Assembly (NCBI GenBank): GCA_051294375.1
Contig: CM119268.1
Location: 9,061,187 to 9,125,186, forward strand
DNA length: 64,000 nucleotides
From: Paraspadella gotoi
Lineage: Eukaryota > Animalia > Chaetognatha
Direction of reading: 5' to 3'
The notes below the pieces were generated by a model, which was given only the letters and a program-made list of their open reading frames with translations, was not told where the DNA came from and made no database searches. The translations under genes were made by a program, and so were the position numbers. Positions 50,404-63,928 of the stretch are shown piece by piece. Position 1 is the stretch's first letter. Each line of letters opens with the position of its first letter.

Positions 50404-50689
50404 TGACTACATCCCGAGACGCGGAAGAGGGGAGACCCTTTTATAGTTGAAAGCATCGCACGAATAAATGGAATAAATGGATTGATGGCTTGATAAGGGG
50501 GGGGAGGAAAGAAGAAGTGGGGAAAAAGAGGACTCTCCACGGAAGATGAGAAGCAGGAGCTTGCACGCGAGATGACAAAAAGTCGAGAAATCGAGGAGAG
50601 AAAATAAGGAAATAAAAAGTGGACCTCGCTGGCTTATCGGTTAAATGAGCCGGGGAAAAAAGGTTTCGAGGAGCTGAGAGAGAGGAGAG

Positions 50690-50778
<89 letters not shown>

Positions 50779-51419
50779 GAGAAAGAGAGAGAGAGAGAGA
50801 GGAGTATTCACACAACGTCAGGCAAATAGAGCCCGAAAAAAATTTGGAGCGCAATAAGGCGGTGGAGGGGGGAGGTGGGGGGAGAGGGTTTAGGGTTTCA
50901 AAAGTGAATTGTTCACGATCCGAGAACGGAAGGAAGTGAGTAATAATGGGGGACAGAGCTGTATCGGGGTGGAGAGGGATCTGACAAAAACTTGAGCGGG
51001 GAATGTAAAGCTTGAAATGATCTAGTGGAGTAACTTATTAATTATTAAGAAAATGGCCTATCGATTGTGTAAATGTTCTTGTAGAATTGCGCATTGTGCA
51101 TTGTGCATTGTGCACAATGTGCATAGAGTAAAAATCGGAAATAAATTTGGGATCACAATAGAGGATGTGAAAAATTATAGGAAACGGTGAAGAATTGTCA
51201 CGTCACATGATTTTCGTATGAGGTCACTTGAGGAGGTGAACTGGGACTTAACGCAAGAACTTTATGTAAAGGCCGACATGCTTTAATAGATATATATATA
51301 TAATATATATATTAATTAGTAATTAATCTTTCATGAGAAACAATAGACAATCTTTCAAGTTTACCTACATTCACTTTATGGATATAAAATTAACATACTA
51401 GATAATATAAAAATTACCA

Positions 51420-51695
51420 ATGTCGTTCCTTCAACCTCGTACCGTGTACCACTTGGTTGATGTCAAAAAAATCTATTCTGTTAACAAGGATGAGTCGGAA
51501 CGGCAGCGACAAAACAGAAGCCTCATTACAAAATTAGAGCCTAATGAACTTTGCAGAGCCGCGGAAAAAAACGCCTACGAAGCGCGAGAGAGAAAAGCTA
51601 CGAACGAAGAAGATGACCAAGACCGAGAAGAGAGAGATGCAGAGAGAGGAGACGAACAGATGAGAGAGACGAGAGAGACGGCAAGAGACGGATGA
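51420..51695 (+). CDS. Possible short ORF or first exon (MSFLQPRTVYHLVDVKK..)
   Basis: ATG at a composition change; normal-complexity N-terminal half, decaying into GA-rich sequence. Confidence 0.3.
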   Translation: MSFLQPRTVYHLVDVKKIYSVNKDESERQRQNRSLITKLEPNELCRAAEKNAYEARERKATNEEDDQDREERDAERGDEQMRETRETARDG

Positions 51696-52210
51696 GAGAG
51701 AGAGAGAGCGAGCTTACAAATGAGAACGCCTGGACTAAGGGGGGTGTGAGAATGATGGAGGGAAGAGAATGGAGTTGTGAACGCGTTTGTGAACCGTGGG
51801 GGTGAGAACTCGGCCTAACGAGTCTTCCTGGCGACGGGGACTAATTTTCTCGGTGATTGAGCGAAGGCGCCGCCGACGACGACCGACTCCGTGAGTCCCG
51901 ATGTCCTCGAGAAATTCTCGGCTCACGCCCCGTTCACGTGAACCTTAAATCATTCTTTTTTCACCTGACTTTTTCTCTCTACGCGCGACTCGTCCTTTCA
52001 CCCTTCCCTACCCATTCCCTAACGTCCCCCCCACCCAAAAGACAATTCGGATGCTCTTTTGTCGTCGTCGACGCACAAAATTATTTTTTTGAAAAAGAAA
52101 ATGGCGGCGTCCTTGTTCTCTTTAGCCTCGTTGTCGTCGTCCTCCGCAGAAGGCAGCGACATCGTGAGTTCGACGAAAGAGACGAAAATTAATTTGCATG
52201 AAATAATTAA

Positions 52211-52214
52211 GCGC

Positions 52215-52264
<50 letters not shown>
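52211..52264. repeat. (CGC)n trinucleotide repeat
   Basis: About 17 units with one interruption. Confidence 0.95.
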
Positions 52265-52270
<6 letters not shown>

Positions 52271-52625
52271 TTTAGATATTTGCGTTCGACTCTCGGGCGG
52301 CGACATTTAAATCGTTGACGAAGACGAAATCGGGAATGAAGGCGAGACAAACAAAAACAGGAACAACAACAACAACCAAGACGACGACAATAACAACAAC
52401 GATTAGCATCGGCAACGGCGACAACGGCGACAAGGGCTTGACTGCGGCAACCGTGTATCTCAACCTGAGACGAGAGACAACGGCTAAAAACGAAGCGTAG
52501 ACGGTTTGAGTTGGCCAACAACAAAAAGAACAACCGACCGCAGGCAGTAAACGGTAAACACTAAACAGCAAACAGATAACAGCATGTTCAAACAGCAAAC
52601 GGTAAACAGCAATCCGGTCAATCAC

Positions 52626-52899
52626 CTGTAATGCCTAAACGGCTTCGGTGCTTTGACTTCGTGAAATCTCCAGTCGCTGTCTCCCCATTTTCGCGAGTCT
52701 CTACAAGTGACGAGCGTCGTCCAGATGCCGTTCGTTGCGCCCTCTTCCGTCGTCCTCTTCTCTTCCTCGCCCCCTTCGTCCGCCTCTTCCTCCTCCTCAT
52801 CCTCCTCAACCTCCTCCTCCGTGGCTCCTCGAGGGACGAAATCCGCGTCGCTGCCCAAAAGTTGGTAAGTCGTGGGCGAGCTGTTGTCGAAGGAGGAGC
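52626..52899 (-). CDS. Probable exon (SSFDNSSPTTYQLLG..EEE..KAPKPFRHY)
   Basis: ctcacag acceptor, open Glu-rich frame and CAG|GTGATT donor. Confidence 0.45.
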
Positions 52900-53115
52900 C
52901 TGTGAGAGGGATTCGGGCGTGCGGGAAGGGGGTCGGGTGAGGTAAGTTTGAGTCTACTCTCGATTGTTTGAAATTGTGGATTTTGTAAAAGATTATACTA
53001 CATGATTTATTTTGAAATCGACATATATTGGCAAAAAGATGATAAAAATGCTCTTCTAAATCCAACTACGAATTGCTTAATACTGTACTACATGCTTTTT
53101 TAAATGTTGTTTTTT

Positions 53116-53116
53116 T

Positions 53117-53195
<79 letters not shown>

Positions 53196-53232
53196 TTTCT
53201 TTATTTCTTTATTTATTTATTATTTATTATTT

Positions 53233-53306
<74 letters not shown>
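53116..53306. repeat. (ATTT)n microsatellite
   Basis: Long near-perfect tract. Confidence 0.98.
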
Positions 53307-53310
<4 letters not shown>

Positions 53311-54047
53311 TCCCTTTATTCTTTTTCTCTGACATTAAATCTTCTTCTTTGATTGAATAAAGAAAGAAAATCTCCAATTCTCCATCTCTGATAAGACCCA
53401 AGACAGTTACACCGTTCCACGCAACAAGACTACGTAATAAATGTTCACAATCTAGTTTGATTTATCTCGACCATGCGAGCGAAAGGTTTCGTGATTGTTT
53501 GTGAAACCAATGTTTCGAAGATGCTTCCGAAGAAATTCTCGTAAAAACTCGGAAAATCGAAGATTGCTTCGTCCTCCGTAAATGTAAAGGTCACGTGATC
53601 TCCAAGCACTTACGACGTCATCAAGCACGCCAAGCAAAAATCGCGGAGGAATCAGAGCGAATCCTGATCACGCAATCATCACGAGATTAAATGAGAATCG
53701 AAGCGATGATCGAGTGCTCATTGACCAATGAGCAATGACCGTACACGCAAATTGTAAATATCACGTGATCAGACCACACCAAGCAACGGTCTCACGATTT
53801 CGTAGGGACCGACCACGATTCGCGTGACAGCTAACGACAGCGGCGGTTTACAGATTATTATGCCCTCTGCCGGGCGAAGCTTTCGCTATTCGCTTTCGCC
53901 GCGAGAGGGAATAAGACCGGGCCGCGTCGGGCAAGAGATATCCTACGCCCCCCCCCCCCCCCGCCATCCCTCTATCCGGTTCGTAAAACCGAATACATGA
54001 ATAGAAATCACCTTTTGGGTAAACAAGAATCCTCGGTGACTTGAGCC

Positions 54048-54089
<42 letters not shown>

Positions 54090-54319
54090 AAACGACCGAG
54101 AAGACGACGACTATAAAACCGTCAAGGAATAAGAAAAACAGCGGGAAAGAAAAAGAAAAAGAGGAACGAGAAGAAATAAAGATAAAAGAGGAAAAATTGA
54201 GAGGAAATGTATTCGCGGGAGGAAAAGGGGGGAAAAAAGAAAGAAATACTGGAGGAACGAGCCAAAGTAAAAGTGAGCGATTTAAGGAATATCACGTAAC
54301 CATCACCTTTTAACATCTG

Positions 54320-55050
54320 TTATTATCGAGCCTTGACCGGCGAAGCTGGGTCAGGCTCTAATAATGTTTTTAGGGTTGCTCGTTGCTTGTGACGTAGTCG
54401 TGCGTCGTCTGTCGTCACGTCACGCTGTTTTCATATTATATAAAAACTACTACGCTTTTATCAGGTTTGGCTGTGACTTACCGTTTTTTTTTTAAATTAA
54501 AATTATATGAATTATGATAAAGTTTTAACAAAGTCGTGCGATCAAATAGTAAAGTTAAAAATTTAGATATGGCTTTTTCATCTTGAAATAGCTGTGAATA
54601 TTTTCATATTTACATTTGGATTTAAGTATTTTTGTTTGAATTTCCCATTTCATTTAGTAGCATTTACTGCAATATGCAAATGGATTAAAGTACTGCATTA
54701 TAATATCTATAATTACGTATATAGAAATGTTTTATCTAATTTACATATTGCAGTATAGGAATATTGAAGATGAAATTCAAAAAAATTTGGTATAAATTTT
54801 TAATAAAAATGGGAATCTAAGGATTTTTTTTAATGAAGAAGCTATATCTTAATTTTAATACAAAATATAATTAAATCTTTACAAGTTGCGATTGGAAAAA
54901 ATTGGAAAAATTTCCAATTTTGTAAACAATTGTAAAATATTTTTGCCTTTCTTTTATTTTTAAAATTATTTTCCTTTTTTAAAAAAAAACGAGTTAAGTC
55001 TCTGCAGTGACTGTTACAGCGGCCTTCCAGCAGCTGTCCAGCTTTGTTTC
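54320..55050 (+). mobile_element. Possible second HINE/Helitron-like non-autonomous element
   Basis: Starts ttattat + hairpin gagcc(t)tgacc..ggtcaggctc, then (GTC)-rich short repeats and an AT-rich body; ends with a GC stem-loop (acagc..gctgt) + ctttgttt. Confidence 0.4.
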
Positions 55051-55810
55051 TCTCTGTCTGACTCTTTCTGTGAGTCTCTGCTCTGTGACTCTTTACTGTC
55101 TTTCTCCCTCTCTCTCTTTCTGTGTACGAATTTCTTTTGCGTGATCGTGTCGTTTTTTGAAAAATTATGAATTATTTTTTTCCTTCTAAAAACTTTTTAT
55201 TATCACCATTATCCCAAATTTACATCCAAGATTTTCGTGGATTTATTTTAGAAAAAGTGAAGAATAACTCATACGTCAGAAATTTTACGCTTCTCTCACC
55301 ATCTCTCTCCGTCGCTAACCATGATTGTTATTAAAGAAAAAAAATAAATAATAAGCAAATAGCATATTTAATACAGATTTATATTGGCCAGAGGAAATCT
55401 TTTTATACTCTGTCCAATGTTGTTGATCAAAAAACCTTAAATTTTTTTTCACAATTTGAATATGCCGATTGTATGCTATGGCCGATCATTTTTTTACTGC
55501 CTATTTTTTCTTATATGGCTTCTTTTTCTCTCCTCTCTCTTTCTCTCCCTCTCTCTCTTCTCTCTCTCTCTCTCTTTTCTTTTTTTTTTTTCTTCTAAAA
55601 CTTTTATTATCGCCATTTATTCCCCGCTTTTTTCTCAATACAATATATAAAATTCAGATTATTCTTTATATAAACGAGAGAGACTAATAATGCGTTTCGT
55701 TGGCGGGAAAACTGTCCAGCTCTCTCTCTCTCTCTCTCTCTTCTCTCTCCTCTCTCTCCTCTCTCTCTCTCTCTTTCACTCATACACGCATTTGTTTGTT
55801 TTATTTTACG

Positions 55811-56050
55811 ATGAATGATTCATCGCGTCAATGAATTACTATCATCGCATCAATGAATGACTATCATCGTATCAATGAATGATTATCATCATATCAATAA
55901 ATGACTATCATCGCATCAATCATTTGATTATCATCACATCAAGTCAGTTTTGTTATGCATCGCATACAATTATTGGTTATATCGCGTCAATATTTGGTTA
56001 TCATCGCATCAATATTTGGTTATCATCCGCATCAATATTTGGTTACTATC
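55811..56050. repeat. ~22-bp minisatellite (atgaatgactatcatcgcatca, grading to atatttggttatcatcgcatca)
   Basis: About 10 degenerate units in two variant blocks. Confidence 0.85.
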
Positions 56051-57508
56051 GAAAGCGGACTCTGATCCTTATGCTTTTAAGATTTTTTTTTTAAAGGAAT
56101 TTCCTATGAATTGGCAGATTTTCGGCATGAAATTAGAGAGAAGAGATAATGCTGAAGAACTACCAAAGTATTTACTGGTATTAGGTTACTGCAAATGTTT
56201 CATTTCCATTAATTTTCTAACGGAATTTTCTACGAATAGTGCTAAATTTTCGGCATAAAATTAGACCGGAGTTCGTTTGAACGGATTGAAAAAGAGAGAT
56301 TACTGGAGGAACTAGCAATTAAATGGGTTATTTTTTTGTGAAATTACAACTCTGCAACGTTTTAATTTCCAAAGGAATTTTTCATGAATTCGCTGAATTT
56401 TTAGCAAAGAAAATGAGACTCAGTTGTTACGTAATGGCATCTTCGAAAGAGTTTACCATTGACACAAATGGTACCCACTCCGGCGAAAAAAAAATGGCCA
56501 AAAAATGCCAAGGAAATGGCCAAAAAATGGCAACAAAATGGCAGAAACGCCGCTTCATGCGCGCAGTACTCCAGCGTACATTGAGACCCAACAACAGCGT
56601 GCACTTTTCGACGGCAGAAAAGACGACGACGATCTCTACAACGACAACAACAGCAACAACAACAACAACAACAACAACGACTACGAAAAAGCGATGAGTT
56701 AAGCCAAAATCTTAATGACGGCGATGAAAGCGTCTAACTGCGGTTCACTGCTCGACTACCCACTAAACCTTCCCTCCCCCGAGCTAACCCCCCCCCCGCC
56801 GTCGAATTGAAACCTGGGATCTTTTTTAGAGTAGAACCAAATCACTAGATCCGTTTGGCTTTATTCATTGCTTTGCTTTGTTTTAAACAAAAAAAAAACA
56901 CTACATACATACAATTTTTCCTCTCTATATAATAGTGTGTCTCATTAGTTTTTTGTAGTATGGGGTATTTTATTTTAGTACTTGAGAAATTCCCTCAGAA
57001 TCAGATCAGTGAAGTATAGTGGCGAATATTGTATTTGTCAGTTATGTTTGATTTGATGACATTTCGAATATCTGGCTTCAGTTAAGGGCAGAGACAAAAG
57101 ACAGGAACTCTCTTCAAGCATGACATTATCACTATTCACCATTCACCAATCTCTTTAAATCTCCCAACCGAATAAAAAATGAATAAAATGAACAACATCA
57201 TCAAAAATTAATTCGGCGACCGTCTGGGTGAACCTCAGGCTGGGGACCTCCCTTGTCCCCATTCTCTTAACCTACCCCCGAAGATTTCTCTCTTACCCCG
57301 TCCCCCATTTAACAAAATGACTCCCTTCACAAAACTGATGGATCCTTCAAAACCTAAGATCACGGCTTCGGTTCTTGAAATCGAAAATTTTCGTTCCGAA
57401 ATCCAAAAACCCATTCACCGGTGAATTTTACCGAAGTTTTGGGGGCCAACGACCGGTTTCTCTTTTCAATATTTTTAAAACTCTCTCTCTCTCTCTCTCT
57501 GCTCTCTC

Positions 57509-57566
<58 letters not shown>

Positions 57567-58458
57567 GTCTCAAAATCTCAAGTAGGCGTGCGACCTTCCT
57601 TTAATTCCAAAGTCTTGTCTCAAGGATTCGGTCAAAAAAAGGGTAGGGGGGGCGAGGAAAACGAAAAAATGGGAGGGAGATCGAGATTCGGGGATGAAGA
57701 TTTTTTGCGTCGAAAAAAGAAATTTTGGGTCAAAAAAGGCGGAGATTTTCTGGGTGAGTTGAGGGGAGGGGGCGAAGGAAGACGGATAAGGGGAGGGTTC
57801 ACATTGCCTGATTTTCTAAAAAGATCTCCAGGTTAACGCCCTGCTCCTTCCTTCGTCCCCCTATCTCGGGTTGAGGGGAACCTTTGCCGTTTCATAAAGA
57901 CTCGAACTGATTGTCTGATTTTTTTTTTATTTGGTCTTTTTTTTACAAGTTTTTTTGTAGAGAATCTTTGACGAAATTTGTTTCTTCGAGTGTTGATTGC
58001 GTCGAAATTTTTTCTCTTCCGCTTTTTTTTTTACTCTTTCGAGTTTTCGCTTCTTTTTTTAAAAAAAAAGGAAGAAAATGAAGAGGGCGCTTTTTTGTCG
58101 GCTTATTTTTTTTTTTTTTTTTTGGCGAATCAACGGTTTTGTGTTCGGCCTTAAGTTGAAGCCTTGAAGCAAATCTCTTTAAATGTCTCTCCCTTCCTCT
58201 CTCTCTCTCTCTCTCTCTTTCCATCTCCCTCTCACGCCCCGACCGTGACTGGAACTGGTGATGGAAAAAGAGAGAGGATAGGAGGTCGAAAGTCACGTTA
58301 TCGTGATAATAATGGTGATGATGACGATGACGATTATGACGGCGATGAAAGACCCTGCGTTTTTTTTTCCACCCGTTTTCCGTCGGTTGGATCGTTTGAA
58401 GGAAAATACTTTTAGGATGGATATTTGTTAACCCTTTTGAAGGAAACGAGATTAGGGC

Positions 58459-58656
<198 letters not shown>

Positions 58657-58834
58657 CTAAAAAGTTCAATTCACCTCGCCATACGCAGGAGAACCTTATA
58701 ATTCAGCGCCTTGTCGGCTTCCTAAATAAGTTTCCCCGCGCCCTTCTCTCTCCCGCCCGTTAAGTAGAGGGCCTCGTTTTCCAGCAGCGCCTTTTAAACA
58801 TAAGAGCAAACGAAAAAAATACCCCATTTATCTC

Positions 58835-58899
58835 ACCCTACCCCTACCCCTACCCCTACCCTTAACCCCTACCCCTACCCCTACCCCTAACCCTACCCT
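58835..58899. repeat. Telomere-like (CCCCTA/CCCTAA)n tract
   Basis: About 10 hexamer units, mostly CCCCTA with CCCTAA variants. Confidence 0.85.
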
Positions 58900-59626
58900 T
58901 ATTTCGGGTCGTAATTTAATTTCGCGGCGGCGAAAAGACGGAAATCGTTAAAAGATTTCATCCTTCGTCTCATCTCATATTTTTTTTTCCCGCGCGGAGT
59001 TTGAATTCGCCCGCCGAAGACTAATTTGCATACGGCGATTAGGGATCCCCCCCCCGCCGCCTGCCGGAGAGAAAAATAAGAACAACGCGGGTTTTTTTTT
59101 CGTTGTTTTTTTTTCTCCGTTTGGCTAAAAGCTTCTTTTTTTTTCGCTGCCGTCTCAAGAGTATTTGTTTTTAGGGTGTGCGATGTGCGTGCGAGACTGT
59201 AGGTACACGTCAGAGCGATCTTTTTTTTTTATCTTTTATTTGTTTTTATTCCGTACTTTGTTTCCCTTAAATTTTAATCCCGGCTTAAGATTGTTTCTCT
59301 TTCTTTATTCGTATCTTTCTTCATTTCCCTATTTCCTTCTTGTTCTTTTTTTTTTCTATTTTCATTTATTCCCTTTTTTTTTCCCCTTTCTCTTTCAAAT
59401 TTTAATCGATTGCTTTCTAAGTCAGTAACCAAAATCAATTTAATAACTATTTCTCTCAGTTGCCCTCTCATGGTTTTTAGGAAAATCACTTCCCCCTAAA
59501 CAGATTTTTCTCTCCGTCTTCACTATTTATATTTTTCTTTTTATATCAACCAAAACCAAATCCATCCTTCAACCACAAACTACCCCCCCACGTTCTTCTC
59601 CACCTCCCCTTCTCCAATGCACCCAC

Positions 59627-59856
59627 CTCGTATCGCGATCGACGAGATGGCCTTCGCCTCCGGGAACGACCTCTGAATCCACTCGTCGACGCCCTCCGCT
59701 TCCACTTCGAGACTCCACCAGGCGTCCTCGCCGTCGAAGGCGCCCTGCGGGGGGTGGGCATTGTAGGATGACGCCGCCACTTCGCCGCCGGAAACGGCGA
59801 GGGGCGCCACGTTCAAGAGGCCCGTGTCGAGTTCGTACGCGTCGGCGATGCTCATT
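59627..59856 (-). CDS. Exon encoding the N-terminal half of an F5/8 type C (discoidin / galactose-binding-like) domain
   Basis: VAASSYNAHPPQGAFDGEDAWWS..DEWIQRSFPEAKAISSIAIRG fits the ASS..AFDG..W.S..EWIQ..F..I..RG pattern; ttcag acceptor and GAG|GTGGGT donor. Confidence 0.75.
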
Positions 59857-60181
59857 CTGAAGGCGATTGGTGGGAAGTTATATGTTAAGATTTATATATA
59901 AATGTATTTATAATTGGGACACGATATTTTTTGCCTCCAGTTTTATTAAAGTCCTCATTTACGAAATAAGCAAGGAACAGATTTAAACGGTGTAAACTTT
60001 AGATAAAATGGTATATATACATATATATATTGTTTCGTGCACTTTATTCCATTTTACAAATATTTTTAGACTAAATAAAATATTTTTTTTCACTACTATT
60101 TTCACTACTAAAAAAAAAAAAAAAAAAAAATTTCGACAAACAAAAGACAATCGATCGAACGTCCGGGACTCATTACGCCAC

Positions 60182-61066
60182 CTGAACGTCCTGTTGATGT
60201 AATCGAAGAGAAACTTCTTGACGTCCGCATCGCCGCAACACCTGTACACGTAGGCGCACATCTCCATGGGAAAGAACCCGCCACGCCGCTCGCTCGCCTC
60301 TCCATCCTTCCGCCGCTTTCTCCCCGCCTCTCCGGCTTCCGCTTTCGACGCCATGTGTCGAAACAACGTCGCGATCGAGACGGCGGTCTCTTTGTCGACA
60401 CTTAGCGGAACCATCGTCGGCGCCTCTTCGAACAGCGCCGGTCGACGCCTAGTGGGCGGCGAGAAGTTCCGCGCTTGCGTCACCTCTAAATCGCCGAGTG
60501 ACCCGGAGGGGCAGCGGTTGATGTTTGTGGGGACGGCGATGGAGGTGGTGGATGGGCGGACGAGGGTGGCGGTGGTGGCGGTTGTGGCAAGTGGTTGCGG
60601 TGGTGGCGGCGGCGGAAGCCTCTTGAGAGACGAGGGCCACGGGTCTCTTCCTCCACCAATCGGCGATGAGTTTCGGGAGGTGTGGCCGGCGGCGTCACCG
60701 GGGGAAGCGCGGCGGCTGAGCGCGGTGGAGGGCCGACTCAAAACCGCCGCCGAGAAACGCCGATTGATGGGCGACGCCCGTTCGTGGATCTCGACGGCGC
60801 TGGCAGGACGATTTCTCGGCACTACCGCCGCCGACGACGACGACGAAGATGACGACGCTCTCGAAACCTCGTTTCCGGTCAACGCTCTCACTCTCTCGTC
60901 GCCGCCCCCTTCGAAAGTCAGCGCCACCTTCGCCCGTTGCTCCAGCATCGTCAGCACGAAGCTGGAGTGGACGTTGATGGCCAGAATCTCTTTGAGGTAC
61001 AGATGGCGTTGGGCTTGGGTCGTTCCGCGAGTCCAGACGCGGTCGTTGAGTTCAATGTCCACCATC
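60182..61066 (-). CDS. Large exon of the same gene (S/P/R-rich linker between two ordered segments)
   Basis: ~295 open codons after a polypyrimidine + caag acceptor; the CAG|GTGGCG donor is phase-compatible with the 59856 exon. Confidence 0.75.
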
Positions 61067-61217
61067 CTTGGGGAAGGAGGGAAGGTATTTAAAAATAGTT
61101 AGAGGAAGGGATGGGACAACCTTTCGTAAAGCGCCCCGTATCAGCTTAAATCTTAAATCTAACTTAAATCTATTTTAATACTAGCTTAAATCTAAATCTA
61201 AATTTGAGTTACAAGAT

Positions 61218-61416
61218 TAGTAGGTTAGGGGTTTGCAATATATAATTAATAGGAATTAGGTTAAATAGGTTATAGTTTTGGTTAAGGATTATGGTTAGGG
61301 ATTAGGGTGAAGGGTTAGGAGATAAGGTTAGAAATTAGGCTTGGAAATAGGGATAAAGCTTATTAGGGATTGGATAAAGTATTAGGAAAGAGATTAAGAT
61401 GAGATAATTAGGGTTT
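61218..61416. repeat. Degenerate TTAGG/TTAGGG-rich tract
   Basis: Many ttagg(g) words (ggttagggattagggtgaagggttagg), preceded by (taaatct) repeats. Confidence 0.65.
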
Positions 61417-61860
61417 AACTTAGCAATTATGAACATAAAAGGGGTACTTTCGAAAAAAAATAGTGCCCAAATAAGAAGGAAACTGGATTATTGGGCTGGG
61501 AAATCTTTGAATGGGAATATATTGGACACAGTCGGTAAAGTATTGGAAAAGGGATACGTCTGAAGAATCTTTGAACCGGAAAAAAAAGAGGAAAGAGATA
61601 TATTTATCGAAGACTAAGCGGTTGGAAATCAAGAGCAAAAAATAAAGAATAAATTTAAAAGGGGGAAATATCTAGGAAATCGGGATCGAAACCAGGGCTT
61701 TATTAGTTAATGAGGTTGTCAAAAAATATATATATATTAAGAAAAACTAGGAAAAATGTCTGCTTGGTGGCGGTAGCATTAAAAAAAAAGCTTTCTTTAA
61801 AAAAAAAAAAGAGTGCGTGAATGGCTGCTTGGTGGCGATAGAAAGCTTGGTTCCCTCACG

Positions 61861-62008
61861 GCGTCTTTTGTCGGAAAGCGTCGTTCGTCACGTGCAATCA
61901 TAATCGACGGATTCGAATATTGGTTGACCTCGCGATCTCTCGCCCGGTCGCGCGCCGGGCTTGTCCGGTCGTGCCCGACCTGCCTGACGAGCTGTCCTCC
62001 TTTCGACC
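61861..62008 (-). CDS. Probable upstream exon of the discoidin-domain gene
   Basis: GC-rich island, open frame SKGGQLVRQVGHDR..FPTKDA and GTGAGG donor; phase not reconciled with the next exon. Confidence 0.4.
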
Positions 62009-63171
62009 TTTATTTTTATTCTTCCAAGCCTTTGAACCATCGAATCTTCCCAATAGTTTTTTTTAAGGATTTGAGCCATGACTTTCTCCCCGCACTTTTA
62101 ATCTTCGCTTTTACTCTTCTTTTCCTTATGAACCTTTTAGTTAAATATTCCTTTTCCTTTCTATTTCTTTTATCTTCCTCGCTCTCCCTCTCTCTCTTTC
62201 TTTCCTCCCACGTTCGTCTAATTCTCAGTTCTTTATTTTTTTTTCTAACCTCCTTCTACCGATATACGTATTTACAGCCTCGAGTGACGATATTTATTTA
62301 CGAATACAATCTTATTTTCTTTCCTCCATTTCTCTTCTTTTTCCTCCCGCATCTTTTTTTCTTTCAGTCCCTCTCCTTTCCTCCTTCGCTACGCTACTTT
62401 TTCTCCCTTTCCTTTTTTCCTTCTCACTTTTGTTTTCATTCTAACTCACCCTTTACTTGTTTCCCCTCTTCCTCATCTATCCCTACGCCTTCTTTTTTTC
62501 TTTTTTCCTCCTATTTCTTTCCTTTTTTTTTTAGCTCCGCTATTTCTTTCCTTCTTTCATTTCCCCTCATACTTTCCTTTTTACTCTCTCGTTCCTTCTT
62601 TCCTCTCTTCTTAATATATTAATCCTTTTTTTTTTCTTTTTTTCCATCTCTTCCTTTCCTTCTTTGCTCTCTCTTTTCTTCTCTCCCCGGCACTCTCTAT
62701 CTTCCTTTCCTCAGCTCATTTTCCTTGTTTCGCTATCCCCTTTTCCCTCGCGATTAGATGTTTTCCTGAATATCGACTCCCGCCGACTCTGAACGAAGAT
62801 CCGTCATCGCTGCCCTGCCACTCCCGCTCTCCCCCCCCCCCTTAGTCATCCTCGGTATAAAACGATACGCATAATTTTTTATGGATGCAGTGACGGTCGG
62901 GTTGGTCGGTCGGTCGGTTCTTTCGGTTGGTTTTTCTTTCATTCAGGCTTTATCGTCAGGTTTTTAGTCTTGTTTGTCGTTAATCCTCTAGTCCCCGTCT
63001 CTATGGTTATCTTCCTTCGATGTATAGAGAGAGGGATCAAATATACTAACATGCTCATTTAAATATATGGAAATGGTGCTTTTAAACAATTTAAACAAAC
63101 ATTTCACTACGTAGTAAATACTTCATCGATGAGGAAGCCATTAACTTGAAGAGTTGAGAGGGAGTCGGGAG

Positions 63172-63595
63172 GGTTGTCCTGTCATATCATTAAAAGGTTG
63201 TCCTGTTTTTTCATTAAAAGGTTGTCGTGTCATATCATTAAAATAGAGTCAAACTTCGTCAATGGGGTGGGTCAGAAGTTTGANNNNNNNNNNNNNNNNN
63301 NNNNNNNNNNNNNNNNNNNNNNNNNNNNNNNNNNNNNNNNNNNNNNNNNNNNNNNNNNNNNNNNNNNNNNNNNNNNNNNNNNNNNNNNNNNNNNNNNNNN
63401 NNNNNNNNNNNNNNNNNNNNNNNNNNNNNNNNNNNNNNNNNNNNNNNNNNNNNNNNNNNNNNNNNNNNNNNNNNNNNNNNNNNNNNNNNNNNNNNNNNNN
63501 NNNNNNNNNNNNNNNNNNNNNNNNNNNNNNNNNNNNNNNNNNNNNNNNNNNNNNNNNNNNNNNNNTAAAAGGTTGTCCTGTCGTTATCTCATAAA
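63172..63595. repeat. ~24-bp tandem repeat (taaaaggttgtcctgtcatatcat) flanking a gap
   Basis: Three units before the gap and one after. Confidence 0.75.
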
Positions 63596-63739
63596 ATTTT
63601 TATATTTTTTTTCTACTGATTTCATTCGTTACTGAACTCCAGTCTTAACAAGAACAGAAATTCCAATGTTTTGCACCGCAGAGACTTTATTTTCACATGT
63701 ATTTCCCTCTTTCATTCCGTCTTTTATTCCTTGTAGTTT

Positions 63740-63928
63740 TAGGAATTCCTGAAGGCGGCGCTAGCAGTCTCTTAGATTTGAGATTTTTTCTGTCTTAACA
63801 AAAGAGCAACCAATTATAGGAAAATTATATGCATTTTTAACGGAAGTGGGACAGACCGACGGACCGACCGACAGACCGACCGAAAGGTGACTCATAAAGT
63901 TGCTCCGCGAGTACTCGCTACTTTAAAA
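63740..63928 (-). mobile_element. 5' end of another HINE-like element
   Basis: Minus strand: tttt, palindrome gcgagtactcgc, then a (GGTC/TGTC)n tract. Confidence 0.5.

Noticed and set aside
61813-62622. 269-aa F/S/L-rich ORF resembling a membrane protein
   Set aside because: Pyrimidine-rich low-complexity DNA; open only because stop codons are rare there.
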